DNA of 63,953 nt, the filler included, from an uncultured bacterium (lineage in GTDB: Bacteria; CAZSTA01), in assembly GCA_964609495.1 (NCBI GenBank). It is 6 parts of 6 records of this genome, joined end to end, with 100 filler letters (N's around TTAATTAATTAA, not from the genome) between each part and the next. Parts side by side here need not be neighbours in the genome. Positions count along the whole stretch, not along the records: positions 1 to 12,007 come from CAZSTA010000105.1; 5 more parts are not named here. One strand, 5' to 3'. The translations under genes were made by a program, and so were the position numbers. This document shows, in pieces, positions 1-9,423 of the stretch (the first letter of the stretch is position 1; every line of letters begins with the position of its first letter). The notes under the pieces were generated by a model. The model ran no database searches, was not told the origin of the DNA, and saw only the letters and a list, made by a program, of their open reading frames with translations.

Positions 1-135
1 AGATCCAGAGGTTTCGGTTTTGTGGAGATCCCAGAGGAAGATGTGGAAAGGGTTATCGAGATGATAAAGGGAACAAAATTGAAGGGGAGGGAGTTAGTAG
101 TCAACGAAGCGAAGCCTCGAAGCCCTAGGTACTGA
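1..135 (+). CDS. RNA-binding protein, RRM domain (5'-truncated)
   Basis: Frame 1 reads RSRGFGFVEIPEEDVERVIEMIKGTKLKGRELVVNEAKPRSPRY*. It has the RNP-1 motif RGFGFVE and the typical LVVNEA end. Not in the ORF track. Confidence 0.85.
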   Translation, partial: RSRGFGFVEIPEEDVERVIEMIKGTKLKGRELVVNEAKPRSPRY

Positions 136-247
136 TTTGGCCTCTTTATCTCAGACTCTGTAAAAGATGGACTTAATGGCAATAGTGGCTGAAATAGCTG
201 GTATTATTAAGTAGGTATTTATAGTCAATTTTAAGGAGTGAGGAGGG

Positions 248-1774
248 TTGAGTGAACCTCTAGGTGATAAAGTAGCTCGGCGAAGAAAGAGAGAGAAAAT
301 AAGGTATATCAAGACTTATGTGAGTCTGGTGATGTTACTCGCCTTGCTGGGGTTAGTGATCATCAACTTCGTGCTCAAACCTCAGATCGAGGCGAAAATT
401 GGCGCTTCTTCTCAGGGTGAAGCTCTGGAGGGAAAGTCCTACATTAATATCTTAGTTATGGGCCTCGATTCGGTGCTAGGCATAAGTAGAGCTGATACAA
501 TAGCCGCAGTGCAAGTCGATTTTATTAAGGGAAAGGTAGAAGTTCTCTCTATCCCTCGTGATACCCTGGTTAAATTGCCCGAGCGAGGATATATGGATAA
601 AATAAACGCCTCCTATGCTTATGGAGGAGTTCTGCTTACTAAAGAAACAGTCGAGAATTTCCTAGATATCGGGATCGATAGATATATTAAAGTTGATTTC
701 GAGGGGTTTGTAGAGATAATCGATGCTTTAGGCGGAGTTGAGATCGATGTCGATCAGCGAATGTATTATGTCGATAATGCGGCTGGTTTCAAGATAGATC
801 TCTATCCAGGACCTCAGGTGCTAGATGGAGAAAAAGCTATGCAGTATGTCCGATATCGGGGGGGATACAGAGCTGATATAGGACGAATCGAGCGCCAAAA
901 GAAGTTCCTTAAAGCATCCCTGGATAGGATTGTACAGTTAGATACCCTATTTAAGATCCCCAGATTGGTTAAGATATCCCTAAATAGTGTGGAAACTGAT
1001 CTTAGCTCGGCTGAGATTTGGCGGATGGTCGGCTTATTGAGAAAACTCAGAGAAGATGATGTTGATATCGAGATGGTACCTGGCAAGCCAGTGATGATCG
1101 ATGGTATCAGCTACTGGAAACCGGATCTGGTGGAGACCACGAGATTAGTTGATCGGCATCTAAAAGGGATCGAGATCTCAGGGGGGGAAGAGGAAGTTAA
1201 GGTTCGTAATGGCGGGATCAAGGTGGAAGTCCTGAACGGAAGTGGGGAGGAAGGGCTAGCCGCCCAGGTGAAGAAGGAGCTTGTGGAGAAAGGCTTCCAG
1301 ATCAAATATTTTGGTAATGCCGATCGCTTCGATTATCAGGAAACTCAAGTGATCGATCGGGTAGGTAAGCCAGAATTAGCTGAGAGAGTAGCTCAAGCGA
1401 TAGAGTGTCTTAAGCTCTCTCAGCGGGAGACGAAAGGAAGCCCGGTCGATGTAACTGTGATCTTAGGGAAGGATTTCCGCAATAAACGGAGGGATGAGTT
1501 TAAGGTCAGGGTGGAGGTATTAAATGGTTGTGGAATAGAAGATTTAGGAGAGAAGTTAAAGGAGAGGTTTGAGGAGGCGGGATTTTCCGTTATTTATACG
1601 GGAAATGCTGATAGTTTCAATTATGATAAGACTGTGGTTATAGATAGGGCGGGGAATTTGCAACTCGCTCAAAAGGTAGCCAAGACAATAAATGTTTCTC
1701 AAATATCTCAGAGTATAGATAAGAGCGACACGGTTGATGTATCGGTAATTATCGGCCGTGATCTGAAGCTATAA
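248..1774 (+). CDS. LCP (LytR-CpsA-Psr) family protein with two C-terminal LytR_C domains
   Basis: N-terminal TM helix; motifs RADTI, SIPRDT, KINASY, YVRYR, DIGRIERQ; two VEVLNG...VILGxD repeats. Confidence 0.92.
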   Translation: MSEPLGDKVARRRKREKIRYIKTYVSLVMLLALLGLVIINFVLKPQIEAKIGASSQGEALEGKSYINILVMGLDSVLGISRADTIAAVQVDFIKGKVEVLSIPRDTLVKLPERGYMDKINASYAYGGVLLTKETVENFLDIGIDRYIKVDFEGFVEIIDALGGVEIDVDQRMYYVDNAAGFKIDLYPGPQVLDGEKAMQYVRYRGGYRADIGRIERQKKFLKASLDRIVQLDTLFKIPRLVKISLNSVETDLSSAEIWRMVGLLRKLREDDVDIEMVPGKPVMIDGISYWKPDLVETTRLVDRHLKGIEISGGEEEVKVRNGGIKVEVLNGSGEEGLAAQVKKELVEKGFQIKYFGNADRFDYQETQVIDRVGKPELAERVAQAIECLKLSQRETKGSPVDVTVILGKDFRNKRRDEFKVRVEVLNGCGIEDLGEKLKERFEEAGFSVIYTGNADSFNYDKTVVIDRAGNLQLAQKVAKTINVSQISQSIDKSDTVDVSVIIGRDLKL

Positions 1775-1852
1775 GAAAATTCTTACTTCACCGTAAGGTC
1801 AGAAAAGGGTCGAGGGTGAGATGCTTCGAAAATTTTCCTTCGAGGGGGATAG

Positions 1853-2218
1853 TTGTTGAGAGATTCCAAAGACATAGCTTTTTTAGCTCAAGAGGCGATA
1901 GAGGAGAAGAAGGGTAGGAATCTAGTAATTATGGAGATAAAGGATCTCTCCTTGATCGCCGATTATTTTGTGATCTGTACGGGAAATTCCCCCCTCCAAC
2001 TGGAAGCTATAACCACCTCTGTGGAGGAGAAGTTCGATAAGGAGGGTATAAAGCTTCTGGGCAAGGAGGGGATTTATGAATCGGGATGGATCTTGTTGGA
2101 TTATGGATATATTATAGTTCACATCTTCTCGCAAGAGAAACGAGATTTCTATGGATTGGAGAGGTTATGGGGAGATGCTACTATCATCTTCAGAGAAAAA
2201 ACCTATGATCTACCATAA
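1853..2218 (+). CDS. rsfS: Ribosome silencing factor RsfS
   Basis: ADYFVICTG, WILLDYG, VHIF, FYGLERLWGD motifs; 121 aa. Confidence 0.95.
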   Translation: MLRDSKDIAFLAQEAIEEKKGRNLVIMEIKDLSLIADYFVICTGNSPLQLEAITTSVEEKFDKEGIKLLGKEGIYESGWILLDYGYIIVHIFSQEKRDFYGLERLWGDATIIFREKTYDLP

Positions 2219-2951
2219 GCTGGCTAAGGTATATGATAGACTGATGTGGAATGTGCCTTATGAGAAATGGATCGATTATGTGGAGGCTATCTTCCGCAGG
2301 TTTGACTATAAACCCCATTTAATTCTCGATCTCGCTTGTGGAACCGGCAATACGACTATTCCTTGGGCTAAACGAGGGTATGAGGCGATCGGGGTGGATA
2401 TCTCTGAGGAGATGCTTAAGGTAGCGAGGGATAAAGCCGCTAAGGCTGATCTTAATATCGAATTTATTCAACAAGATATGAAGGAATTGAGGATCGAGAT
2501 GAAGATCGAGGCTGTTGTTTGTCTATATGATAGCCTTAATTACCTATTATCCGAGGGGGAAATCGTCAGCACCTTTGAGAGGGTAAGCGATATCTTGCCT
2601 GAGGGAGGTTTTTTTATCTTCGATTTAAACACGGAATATCAACTGATATCCATCTTCAAAGACGGGATTTATACCGAGGATTTTGGCGATTTCTCCTACT
2701 ATTGGGAGAGCAGTTTCGATGAAGTCAATAAGATAAGTCAGGTGAATATGACCTTCTCCCTGGGAAGTGGAAAGGAGAGAGAGGTGTTCACTGAGATACA
2801 CCAGGAGCGCAGTTATGGGCTAAAGCAAGTGAAGGAGATGTTAACTCGGACCGATTTTCAACTCATTGCCGCTTACTCAGCTTATACCTTCTTCCCTCCT
2901 AATCCCACGACCAAACGAATATTTTATATAGCTTGTAAAGGTGTAGAATAG
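2205..2951 (+). CDS. Class I SAM-dependent methyltransferase (YqeM-like)
   Basis: LDLACGTG, GVDISEEML, DSLNY; start moved to ATG 2205, which overlaps the rsfS end. Confidence 0.88.
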   Translation: MIYHKLAKVYDRLMWNVPYEKWIDYVEAIFRRFDYKPHLILDLACGTGNTTIPWAKRGYEAIGVDISEEMLKVARDKAAKADLNIEFIQQDMKELRIEMKIEAVVCLYDSLNYLLSEGEIVSTFERVSDILPEGGFFIFDLNTEYQLISIFKDGIYTEDFGDFSYYWESSFDEVNKISQVNMTFSLGSGKEREVFTEIHQERSYGLKQVKEMLTRTDFQLIAAYSAYTFFPPNPTTKRIFYIACKGVE

Positions 2952-2960
2952 GGGGTAGAG

Positions 2961-4925
2961 ATGATGCGAATAGATATATGTAATAAGGTCTTTGTTTTTT
3001 TTGTCGGTCTTTTTCTCGTTGTGATCTTCAGTGGGTCTGCTCGAGCCACGGAAGAATTGATAGTCACTGCGATTGAGGTCGAAGGGAACGAGCTAGTATC
3101 AGAAGATCTTATCCGAGCGACGATCGGTCTTGAGGTAGGGGATGTATTCACCGAGGATCAAATTCGGGAAGATCTAAGGGCTTTGTATGACCTGGGATAT
3201 TTTACTACCAATATTCGGGTGGACTTCTCAGGTTATGAGGGTGGGGTTAAGGTAGTATATCATTTAGAGGAGAATCGAAAGATAACTGAGATAGATATTG
3301 AGGGTAATACCCTCGTCCCTGATGAGGAGATTTACGGGACGATAGATACTCAGGTGGGAATGATATTTAACTTCGTCCGCCTGAAACAGGATCTCCAGAA
3401 GATAGCGAAGCTTTATTCCGATAAAGAGGCCGCTTATCTGGATATAAAGGTGGATCACAAGGATATCCCGGAGGGAATCTATGTGGTGTTTAAGATAAAG
3501 GATGAGCTTATAGCCAAGGATATAGTGATAGAGGGGAATGAAATCATAACTACTGAGATGATCGAAGGAGTTATGCAGGTTGAGAGGGGGAAGATTATAT
3601 CGGGAGCTCAATTAAAGGAAGATCTGGAGAAGATAGGAAAACTTTATAAGGATGAGGAGTATGTATTGATCGCCGATCCGAAGGTCGATATCTCTGAGGA
3701 GGGAGTTGTCACCATCTCTCTGGTTGAGGGGAAGTTGGAGAAGATAGAGATCAAGGGAAATGTCAAGACCAAGGATTTCGTCATAAGGCGGGAATTGAAG
3801 GAGTGGCTCAGAGTGGGAGAAACATTGAATCTGGGAGATGTTCGTAATGCTATCCGAGGTATATTCGATCTTCGCTTCTTTGAGGATATCATCCCCCAGT
3901 TCACCCAGGGCAGCGCTCCGGATAAATTAATCCTCACTGTAGAGGTAATTGAGGCGCGCACCTTCCCGGTTACTGTTGGCGTATCTTATAACAAGAGGGA
4001 TGGAGTAGGAGGTTTTCTGGAGGCTGGCGATATAAACCTTTTCGGGCGTGGGCAGGAGGCTCAATTGAAATGGCAATTTGGAAATTTGACCACTTACCAG
4101 TTGAGCTTCTATGATCCTTGGATCGGAGCCCATCGGACTTCGCTCGGGCTGGAGATCTATCAAAAATCTAGAGCAGTCGAGATCGATGAGGAGGATGAGG
4201 AAGAGGATATAACGGATTATAGAATGGTGCAAAGAGGCGGCTCTATATCGCTGGGAAGGTCGATAACCGAGGCTGGAGATCTGCGCCTCTCCCTCGGCTA
4301 TAATTATGAGGAGATAAATAATACCCCTTTAGAAGAGGAAGGAAAAGCTCCTGATGATGGTTATCTCAATTGGGTGAGTACTGGATTAGTTCATGATACT
4401 AGAGATAGTCAAGCTAATCCCACCAGTGGTCAGCGAAATAGTATCTCTACTGAATTCGGCTGGGGAGTGATAGAAGGACCTAAGAATTACACCAAGACAA
4501 CTCTAGGTATCAGGAGATACTTAAGGCTGGCGGATAGACAAGTGCTAGCTTTTCAATCTTACGGGGGATTTATGACGGGGAAGTTTCCCGATTATAAAAA
4601 ATTCGTCTTAGGAGGAACTATGACCGGTGTTTATACCCTCCGAGGCTATAATGAGAGGGAATTCAAAGGCGAGAGATTTTTAGTCTTTAATACCGAATAC
4701 CGTTATATCCTAGACGAGAATATCATAGGGATTGCCTTCGTAGATGTTGGGGATGCCTGGGATAGGGAAGATCCTCTCTCTTTAAGTTATTTTAAAATAG
4801 GAGCGGGGCTAGGGCTTCATATAAATATAGCTTTTGGTCCTCTTCGCTTACCTATGAGATTGGACTATGGCTTTGGCAAGAAGGAGGGAGGGATGTTCCA
4901 CTTCCGTTTAGGCTTCCTATTCTAG
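2961..4925 (+). CDS. BamA/Omp85 family outer-membrane protein, about 3 POTRA-like repeats plus beta-barrel
   Basis: Signal peptide; repeated IEIEGN POTRA motifs; NLFGRGQ barrel start; LRGY loop; C-terminal beta-signal HFRLGFLF. Confidence 0.9.
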   Translation: MMRIDICNKVFVFFVGLFLVVIFSGSARATEELIVTAIEVEGNELVSEDLIRATIGLEVGDVFTEDQIREDLRALYDLGYFTTNIRVDFSGYEGGVKVVYHLEENRKITEIDIEGNTLVPDEEIYGTIDTQVGMIFNFVRLKQDLQKIAKLYSDKEAAYLDIKVDHKDIPEGIYVVFKIKDELIAKDIVIEGNEIITTEMIEGVMQVERGKIISGAQLKEDLEKIGKLYKDEEYVLIADPKVDISEEGVVTISLVEGKLEKIEIKGNVKTKDFVIRRELKEWLRVGETLNLGDVRNAIRGIFDLRFFEDIIPQFTQGSAPDKLILTVEVIEARTFPVTVGVSYNKRDGVGGFLEAGDINLFGRGQEAQLKWQFGNLTTYQLSFYDPWIGAHRTSLGLEIYQKSRAVEIDEEDEEEDITDYRMVQRGGSISLGRSITEAGDLRLSLGYNYEEINNTPLEEEGKAPDDGYLNWVSTGLVHDTRDSQANPTSGQRNSISTEFGWGVIEGPKNYTKTTLGIRRYLRLADRQVLAFQSYGGFMTGKFPDYKKFVLGGTMTGVYTLRGYNEREFKGERFLVFNTEYRYILDENIIGIAFVDVGDAWDREDPLSLSYFKIGAGLGLHINIAFGPLRLPMRLDYGFGKKEGGMFHFRLGFLF

Positions 4926-4974
4926 CTATTAAGACACTGTATAAGGCATCTATGATCGCCCTCGAAACTTTCCC

Positions 4975-5667
4975 CTATATCTCTATCCCTAAGATACCAT
5001 CCTTCATATTAGCGCCATACTCGTAAAATGGTATCCCCACTAGTCGAGAGGATAATATCTCTATCTCATAACCATAATTTAGATCATATTGTAATATAGG
5101 CTTGTTACCTCTAATTGACTTCACTTCATAGTTTAAAAAGATGAACTCGGCTAATTTCTTAGCGTCCTCTTCTCCATATATACACTTCTCCATCTTCCCC
5201 TTCCTCCCTAAATTTAAGGGGGGCTGTTGATAGAGGAATTGCATCCCTATATCTATTATATTATCTAGCAAGGTGGCAAAAGAAGGAACGAAGATACGAA
5301 CCTTGCTCTCAGCCCAACCTGGCTGTTCTATGATTGCATCATTCTGCATGCCTTTGCGGAGAAAATCGACAAAACTTCTTGCCAAATCTCCTGTGGCTGA
5401 GAGGAAGCTATCTTGTTCGAGGCCATAAATACTGGCATCAAATACCCAGAAGGGTTGAAAGATTAATCTCCCCTTAGAGCCAATTTTACGACGAGCGAAG
5501 GAGATCTCGATCGGTTCTCCTATCTTCTCCTTCCTATATATCTGAATCTCGTATCCGAGCTGGCAGCGAGGACATACGAGGATTATATCATCAGGCTCTG
5601 CGGATAAATAATCTCCACAACTCGCGCAACGTAAGGGATATAGAGATACGGCCTCTTTCTCCGCCAT
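4975..5667 (-). CDS. Hypothetical Zn-ribbon protein
   Basis: CASC...CPRC at the N-terminus; PFWVF motif resembles the upstream gene. Confidence 0.7.
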   Translation of the reverse strand: MAEKEAVSLYPLRCASCGDYLSAEPDDIILVCPRCQLGYEIQIYRKEKIGEPIEISFARRKIGSKGRLIFQPFWVFDASIYGLEQDSFLSATGDLARSFVDFLRKGMQNDAIIEQPGWAESKVRIFVPSFATLLDNIIDIGMQFLYQQPPLNLGRKGKMEKCIYGEEDAKKLAEFIFLNYEVKSIRGNKPILQYDLNYGYEIEILSSRLVGIPFYEYGANMKDGILGIEI

Positions 5668-6625
5668 CTTCTATGACCTCCCCTCCATAGCGAAACTTAC
5701 TGAACCCAGAGAATATAATCCATAGTCCGCCTAAAAAGGTTAGAGCAATAATAATAAGTGCTCCAAAGAAACTCCCCTCTCCCGTCATATTGGTGAAAAT
5801 ATTCGGCACTACATCTTTAAACACCGTCGTCATAAGGAAGGTCACCCCGAACAAAGTGCCGATCAAAGCCAAGCCACGAGAAAAGTTATTACCGGGAGCT
5901 CTTCCATAAAGGATCTTGTTCTCCACTCCGTCTATAACTACTTGATAAGCTCTTTCTTTATATAAGTAACGGACTATCCAGAGCGGATAATAGACAAGGG
6001 ATATATCTTCCTTAAGATAGAAGAGCTTCTCATAGGTTATCTCGTCTATATCCATCTCATCGAGGATATAGCCTCTAAAGACAAGCTTGGCTTTTCCGCG
6101 CGCGTGAGTCTCCGTTCCCATTGGCTCGAAAACCATTCCCTCCCTTCTCATCTCCTCTGCAGAGAAAGGTTTCAATTGAGTGGGGAGGAAGGGGATATAT
6201 TGAACTCCAAACTCGTGAGGGTCTATTGCTATCTCTTCCCAGGAGTAGGTGCGGCTGACTGCTCTCTCCACGGGTACTCTTCTCTCTCTGTTATTCTCAT
6301 CCCTATAAACTCTATTCCCCTTAATAGCTCCTATAACCTGATAGGAAACCCTCCAGAAGGGTAGATATACTAAGGATATATCGGATATTCTTCCGCTTTT
6401 CCTCAGATCGCTTGCCTTTTGCCATCCAGAGAACCACTTGCGAGCTGTATAAAAAGCCTCTAATCTTTTCACCTTATAGGGTATGTAAAACCTGGGTAGG
6501 CTGATATCACCAACTACTAATAGAGGAGCATCACAAAATTGGCACTTGGCTATCCTCTCTCCTTCGCTAACCTCTAATGAGCCTCCACAATTAGGGCAGG
6601 TAAGACCGGCTATTATCTGAGCCAT
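5591..6625 (-). CDS. Zn-ribbon membrane protein (YdjG-like)
   Basis: CPNCGG...CQFC, VYLPFW, YYPLW..RY, VIDG...G.AP, two C-terminal TM helices. Confidence 0.75.
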   Translation of the reverse strand: MAQIIAGLTCPNCGGSLEVSEGERIAKCQFCDAPLLVVGDISLPRFYIPYKVKRLEAFYTARKWFSGWQKASDLRKSGRISDISLVYLPFWRVSYQVIGAIKGNRVYRDENNRERRVPVERAVSRTYSWEEIAIDPHEFGVQYIPFLPTQLKPFSAEEMRREGMVFEPMGTETHARGKAKLVFRGYILDEMDIDEITYEKLFYLKEDISLVYYPLWIVRYLYKERAYQVVIDGVENKILYGRAPGNNFSRGLALIGTLFGVTFLMTTVFKDVVPNIFTNMTGEGSFFGALIIIALTFLGGLWIIFSGFSKFRYGGEVIEDGGERGRISISLTLRELWRLFIRRA

Positions 6626-6646
6626 GAACTTCTCCTTAATCGGATT

Positions 6647-6850
6647 CGCTCATATTCGCATAAGGTGCGTTAGACCGATCTAATATGAGTGAAGGGAATA
6701 ATTTTCCCCCTCACCCTATCCCTCTCCCACGAGGGGAGAGGGAATATCCAGATAGAACTGCTCTTCTTATTCCCTCCCTCGATGGAAGGGGTTAGGGGAG
6801 GGTGGTTTAATTTGAAACCTCGGCTAAGCACGCAGAATCTAATATGAGCG
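6647..6850. mobile_element. MITE family A, copy 1 (204 bp)
   Basis: Perfect 10-bp terminal inverted repeats CGCTCATATT/AATATGAGCG; 8-bp direct repeat ATCGGATT at 6639-6646 and 6851-6858; second copy at 53007-53214. Confidence 0.88.
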
Positions 6851-6869
6851 ATCGGATTTATCGATTGGA

Positions 6870-6899
6870 ATTATAGCATATAACGAGCCTCTTTGTCAA
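6870..6899 (-). promoter_or_regulatory. sigma70-type promoter for the Zn-ribbon genes
   Basis: TTGACA-18-TATAAT on the minus strand, with TG extended -10. Confidence 0.65.
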
Positions 6900-6958
6900 T
6901 TTTATCTAAAATCAAGCAACCCTTCCAGCGGAGAGATTGGAGGGGCGCTATATAATAA

Positions 6959-6997
6959 AGGGAAAAGAGCGGGATTATTATATCTCGCTCTTTCCCT
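6959..6997 (-). terminator. Intrinsic terminator after the UroD-family gene
   Basis: Near-perfect ~16-bp stem followed by a T-rich tract on the minus strand. Confidence 0.6.
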
Positions 6998-7044
6998 CCG
7001 CTTCGTCCTCTTATAGTTAGACAAATTTAGAGAGCAAAAATTCC

Positions 7045-8124
7045 TTACTCGACTCCTGCTATTTGCTTGATAAGTTTTAGATAGTAGAGATAATTCTCCA
7101 GGGGAATATCGGGCGGAACCCGGTGATCGACGGTGGGGATATATCCACCCTCAGCGGTAAGCTGGGGAACTTTCGACATCACCTCTTCCTCGATCATCTT
7201 CTTATCGCCCATCAGAGCAAGTTTATCTATTCCGCCGATCATCAATAGCTCCTTACCATATTCCCTTCTCATCTCCAGGGGATCGTTACCGGATCTCACC
7301 TCGATGGGGAACATACAATTAACTCCTCCCTCGAGCCAGAGAGGGATCAACTCTCCTATATATCCATCGGAGTCTACGATACATATATCTATCCCATACT
7401 TCTTGAGATGATCGGTTATCTTCTTATAGCGCGGGACCATAAACTCCTTGAACATTCGAGGGGAGAGAAGCGATCCCTTATTGCATGACATATCCTCCCA
7501 GAAGGCGGCGTAATCGATCTCGACCTGTTCGAGGGCGGGAGTGATCGTCTCGATGACGAAATCACGGACGAAGTCCATCATATCATTGATCAACTCTGGA
7601 TCGTCATAGAAGGTCAGTGAGAGATTCTCTATTCCCATCCACCCTCTCAGCCAACCGAAAAATCCCCCCGTAAATATTCCTAAGGGATAATCGCGATCCT
7701 TCCACATCTTAACTTTCTCATCCCAGTCGAGGGAATATCTTGCCGGAGATTTCGGATTATATCTCTCCTTCATCCGCTCAAAATCATCCCGGTTTTTCAC
7801 GGGAAATTCGATATATTTAGGGATCGAGGAGCCTTTCTTGCGGCGGATACACTTTACTCCATCGGTATCGATTATTATCTGATTATCCTCCGTCTCCTCG
7901 AGTATCTCTGGATCAAAGCGGGGCACCATTCCAATATTGACTGTGACCTTATCGAATTCCCAGGGGCGATCCATCCCAAAGTATTTCGAGATATGAACAT
8001 CGCGAGGTAATCCCTGCTCATACCAAGTTTCCGCCGTCTCATCCCAGAAGCCGAAATCCCAAATTGGGAAACGATCTACTTCCTCAAAGTGCATTATGCG
8101 AAGAAATCTCTCTCTTCCGTTCAT
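7045..8124 (-). CDS. Uroporphyrinogen decarboxylase (URO-D) family protein
   Basis: RERF N-terminus, WEDM, LLSPRMFKEFMVPRYK, DSDG, GGIDK, GGYIPTVDH motifs. Confidence 0.88.
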   Translation of the reverse strand: MNGRERFLRIMHFEEVDRFPIWDFGFWDETAETWYEQGLPRDVHISKYFGMDRPWEFDKVTVNIGMVPRFDPEILEETEDNQIIIDTDGVKCIRRKKGSSIPKYIEFPVKNRDDFERMKERYNPKSPARYSLDWDEKVKMWKDRDYPLGIFTGGFFGWLRGWMGIENLSLTFYDDPELINDMMDFVRDFVIETITPALEQVEIDYAAFWEDMSCNKGSLLSPRMFKEFMVPRYKKITDHLKKYGIDICIVDSDGYIGELIPLWLEGGVNCMFPIEVRSGNDPLEMRREYGKELLMIGGIDKLALMGDKKMIEEEVMSKVPQLTAEGGYIPTVDHRVPPDIPLENYLYYLKLIKQIAGVE

Positions 8125-8157
8125 CTGCTCATTCCTCTCCTTATCAGGGGAATCCCC

Positions 8158-8682
8158 CTAAATTTTTCCTTCCCAACTATTCCAATATACTATCTCCTGT
8201 AATGATTTGCGCGATCGAGCCTCAGGACTCTCATCGGGATAGCCGATAGGCATAAGCGCTACAACTCTCACCTGATCTGGGATCTTCAATATATCGCGAA
8301 CCCCTGCTTCATCGAACCAGCCAACCCAACAGGTTCCTAATCCCTGAGCCTCAGCCTCCAAGACGATATGCTCAACCGCTATTCCTATATCGAGCATATA
8401 GTATTGCTGATTATCCCTATTCCCCGATTCCTTCGGATAGGCACAAGCGACAAGGATAACTGGAGCATTGATCATCGCCTCGCGAGGACCGCCTGCTTCT
8501 GCTAGCTGATGTTTCTTCTCTTCATCTTTAATAACGATGAAGTGCCAACACTGTAGATTTGCCCATGAGGGGGCGAGTCGAGCCGCCTCGAGGAGAGTAT
8601 TGAGGGTCTCCTCGGAGATAGGAGTCTTCTTCATCTTTCTGATACTGCGTCTGGATTTTATAACATCCATAATAGACGCCAC
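8158..8682 (-). CDS. Nitroreductase family protein
   Basis: RRSIR, APSWANLQCW, GLGTCWVG, IGYP. Confidence 0.92.
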   Translation of the reverse strand: MASIMDVIKSRRSIRKMKKTPISEETLNTLLEAARLAPSWANLQCWHFIVIKDEEKKHQLAEAGGPREAMINAPVILVACAYPKESGNRDNQQYYMLDIGIAVEHIVLEAEAQGLGTCWVGWFDEAGVRDILKIPDQVRVVALMPIGYPDESPEARSRKSLQEIVYWNSWEGKI

Positions 8683-8804
8683 TTATTATTCCCCCTTTTA
8701 ATACACTTAATACTATATGCTGAATTCATCCGATTAATTTTACCAAATAGAGATAATAAAATCAAGATTGTTATAAGAAATTGGCTTGAAGTCCCTTTCA
8801 GGAC

Positions 8805-8845
8805 TATTATATAACAAAAATTTCTATTGTCAAGGGATTTTATCA
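8805..8845 (-). promoter_or_regulatory. sigma70 promoter, copy 1 of a 41-bp duplicated block
   Basis: TTGACA-16-TATAAT on the minus strand; 40/41 identical to 11892-11932. Confidence 0.75.
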
Positions 8846-8976
8846 ATCCTAAGAAGGTTCGATAAATATTATGTTAAGTTAAGTAATTTCAGAAAAGAGT
8901 CCTTATTTTAGAGATAAGTGGGTATATATAATGAAAGTAAGAGCTTTTATGCTTATATGAAAGAGGAGGTGGTCCT

Positions 8977-9357
8977 ATGTCAGTAGAGGAACTCAAAGCC
9001 ACTATCCGTCGGGTCCTTGACGAAGCCTTCAACAAGGGCAACCTGGACGTATTAGATGAACTTTACGTCGCCGATTGTGTCTACCATCTCCCTCCCTTTC
9101 CGGATATTAAAGGGCTCGAGGCTTTCAAACAATTCATCATAAACCTCCGCAACGCCTTCCCCGACCTCCAGCTCACGATCAGCGAGATAATCATCGAAGA
9201 GGACAAATGTTCTATACAATACACCTGTCGGGGCACACATAAAGGGGAGTGGATGGGAATAGTCCCGACCGGCAAGCAGTTGATATGGATGGTATATACC
9301 CTATGGCATCTAGTGGAAGGCAAAGTCGTCGAAGACTGGGCCTATTATAGCAGATAG
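8977..9357 (+). CDS. SnoaL-like ester cyclase (NTF2 fold)
   Basis: AFPDL, GTHKGEWMGIVPTGK; RBS GAGGAGG; C-terminus may be slightly short. Confidence 0.85.
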   Translation: MSVEELKATIRRVLDEAFNKGNLDVLDELYVADCVYHLPPFPDIKGLEAFKQFIINLRNAFPDLQLTISEIIIEEDKCSIQYTCRGTHKGEWMGIVPTGKQLIWMVYTLWHLVEGKVVEDWAYYSR

Positions 9358-9423
9358 GCTATGTTATTGAGCACTAGCAAAACTGCTGAGCGGAACTAAG
9401 TATATCATTCTTGACATTTTTCT

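Noticed and set aside
8658..8846. Small ORFs 8658-8846 and 11823-12059
   Set aside because: They run through the duplicated promoter and AT-rich intergenic DNA, with no recognisable protein features
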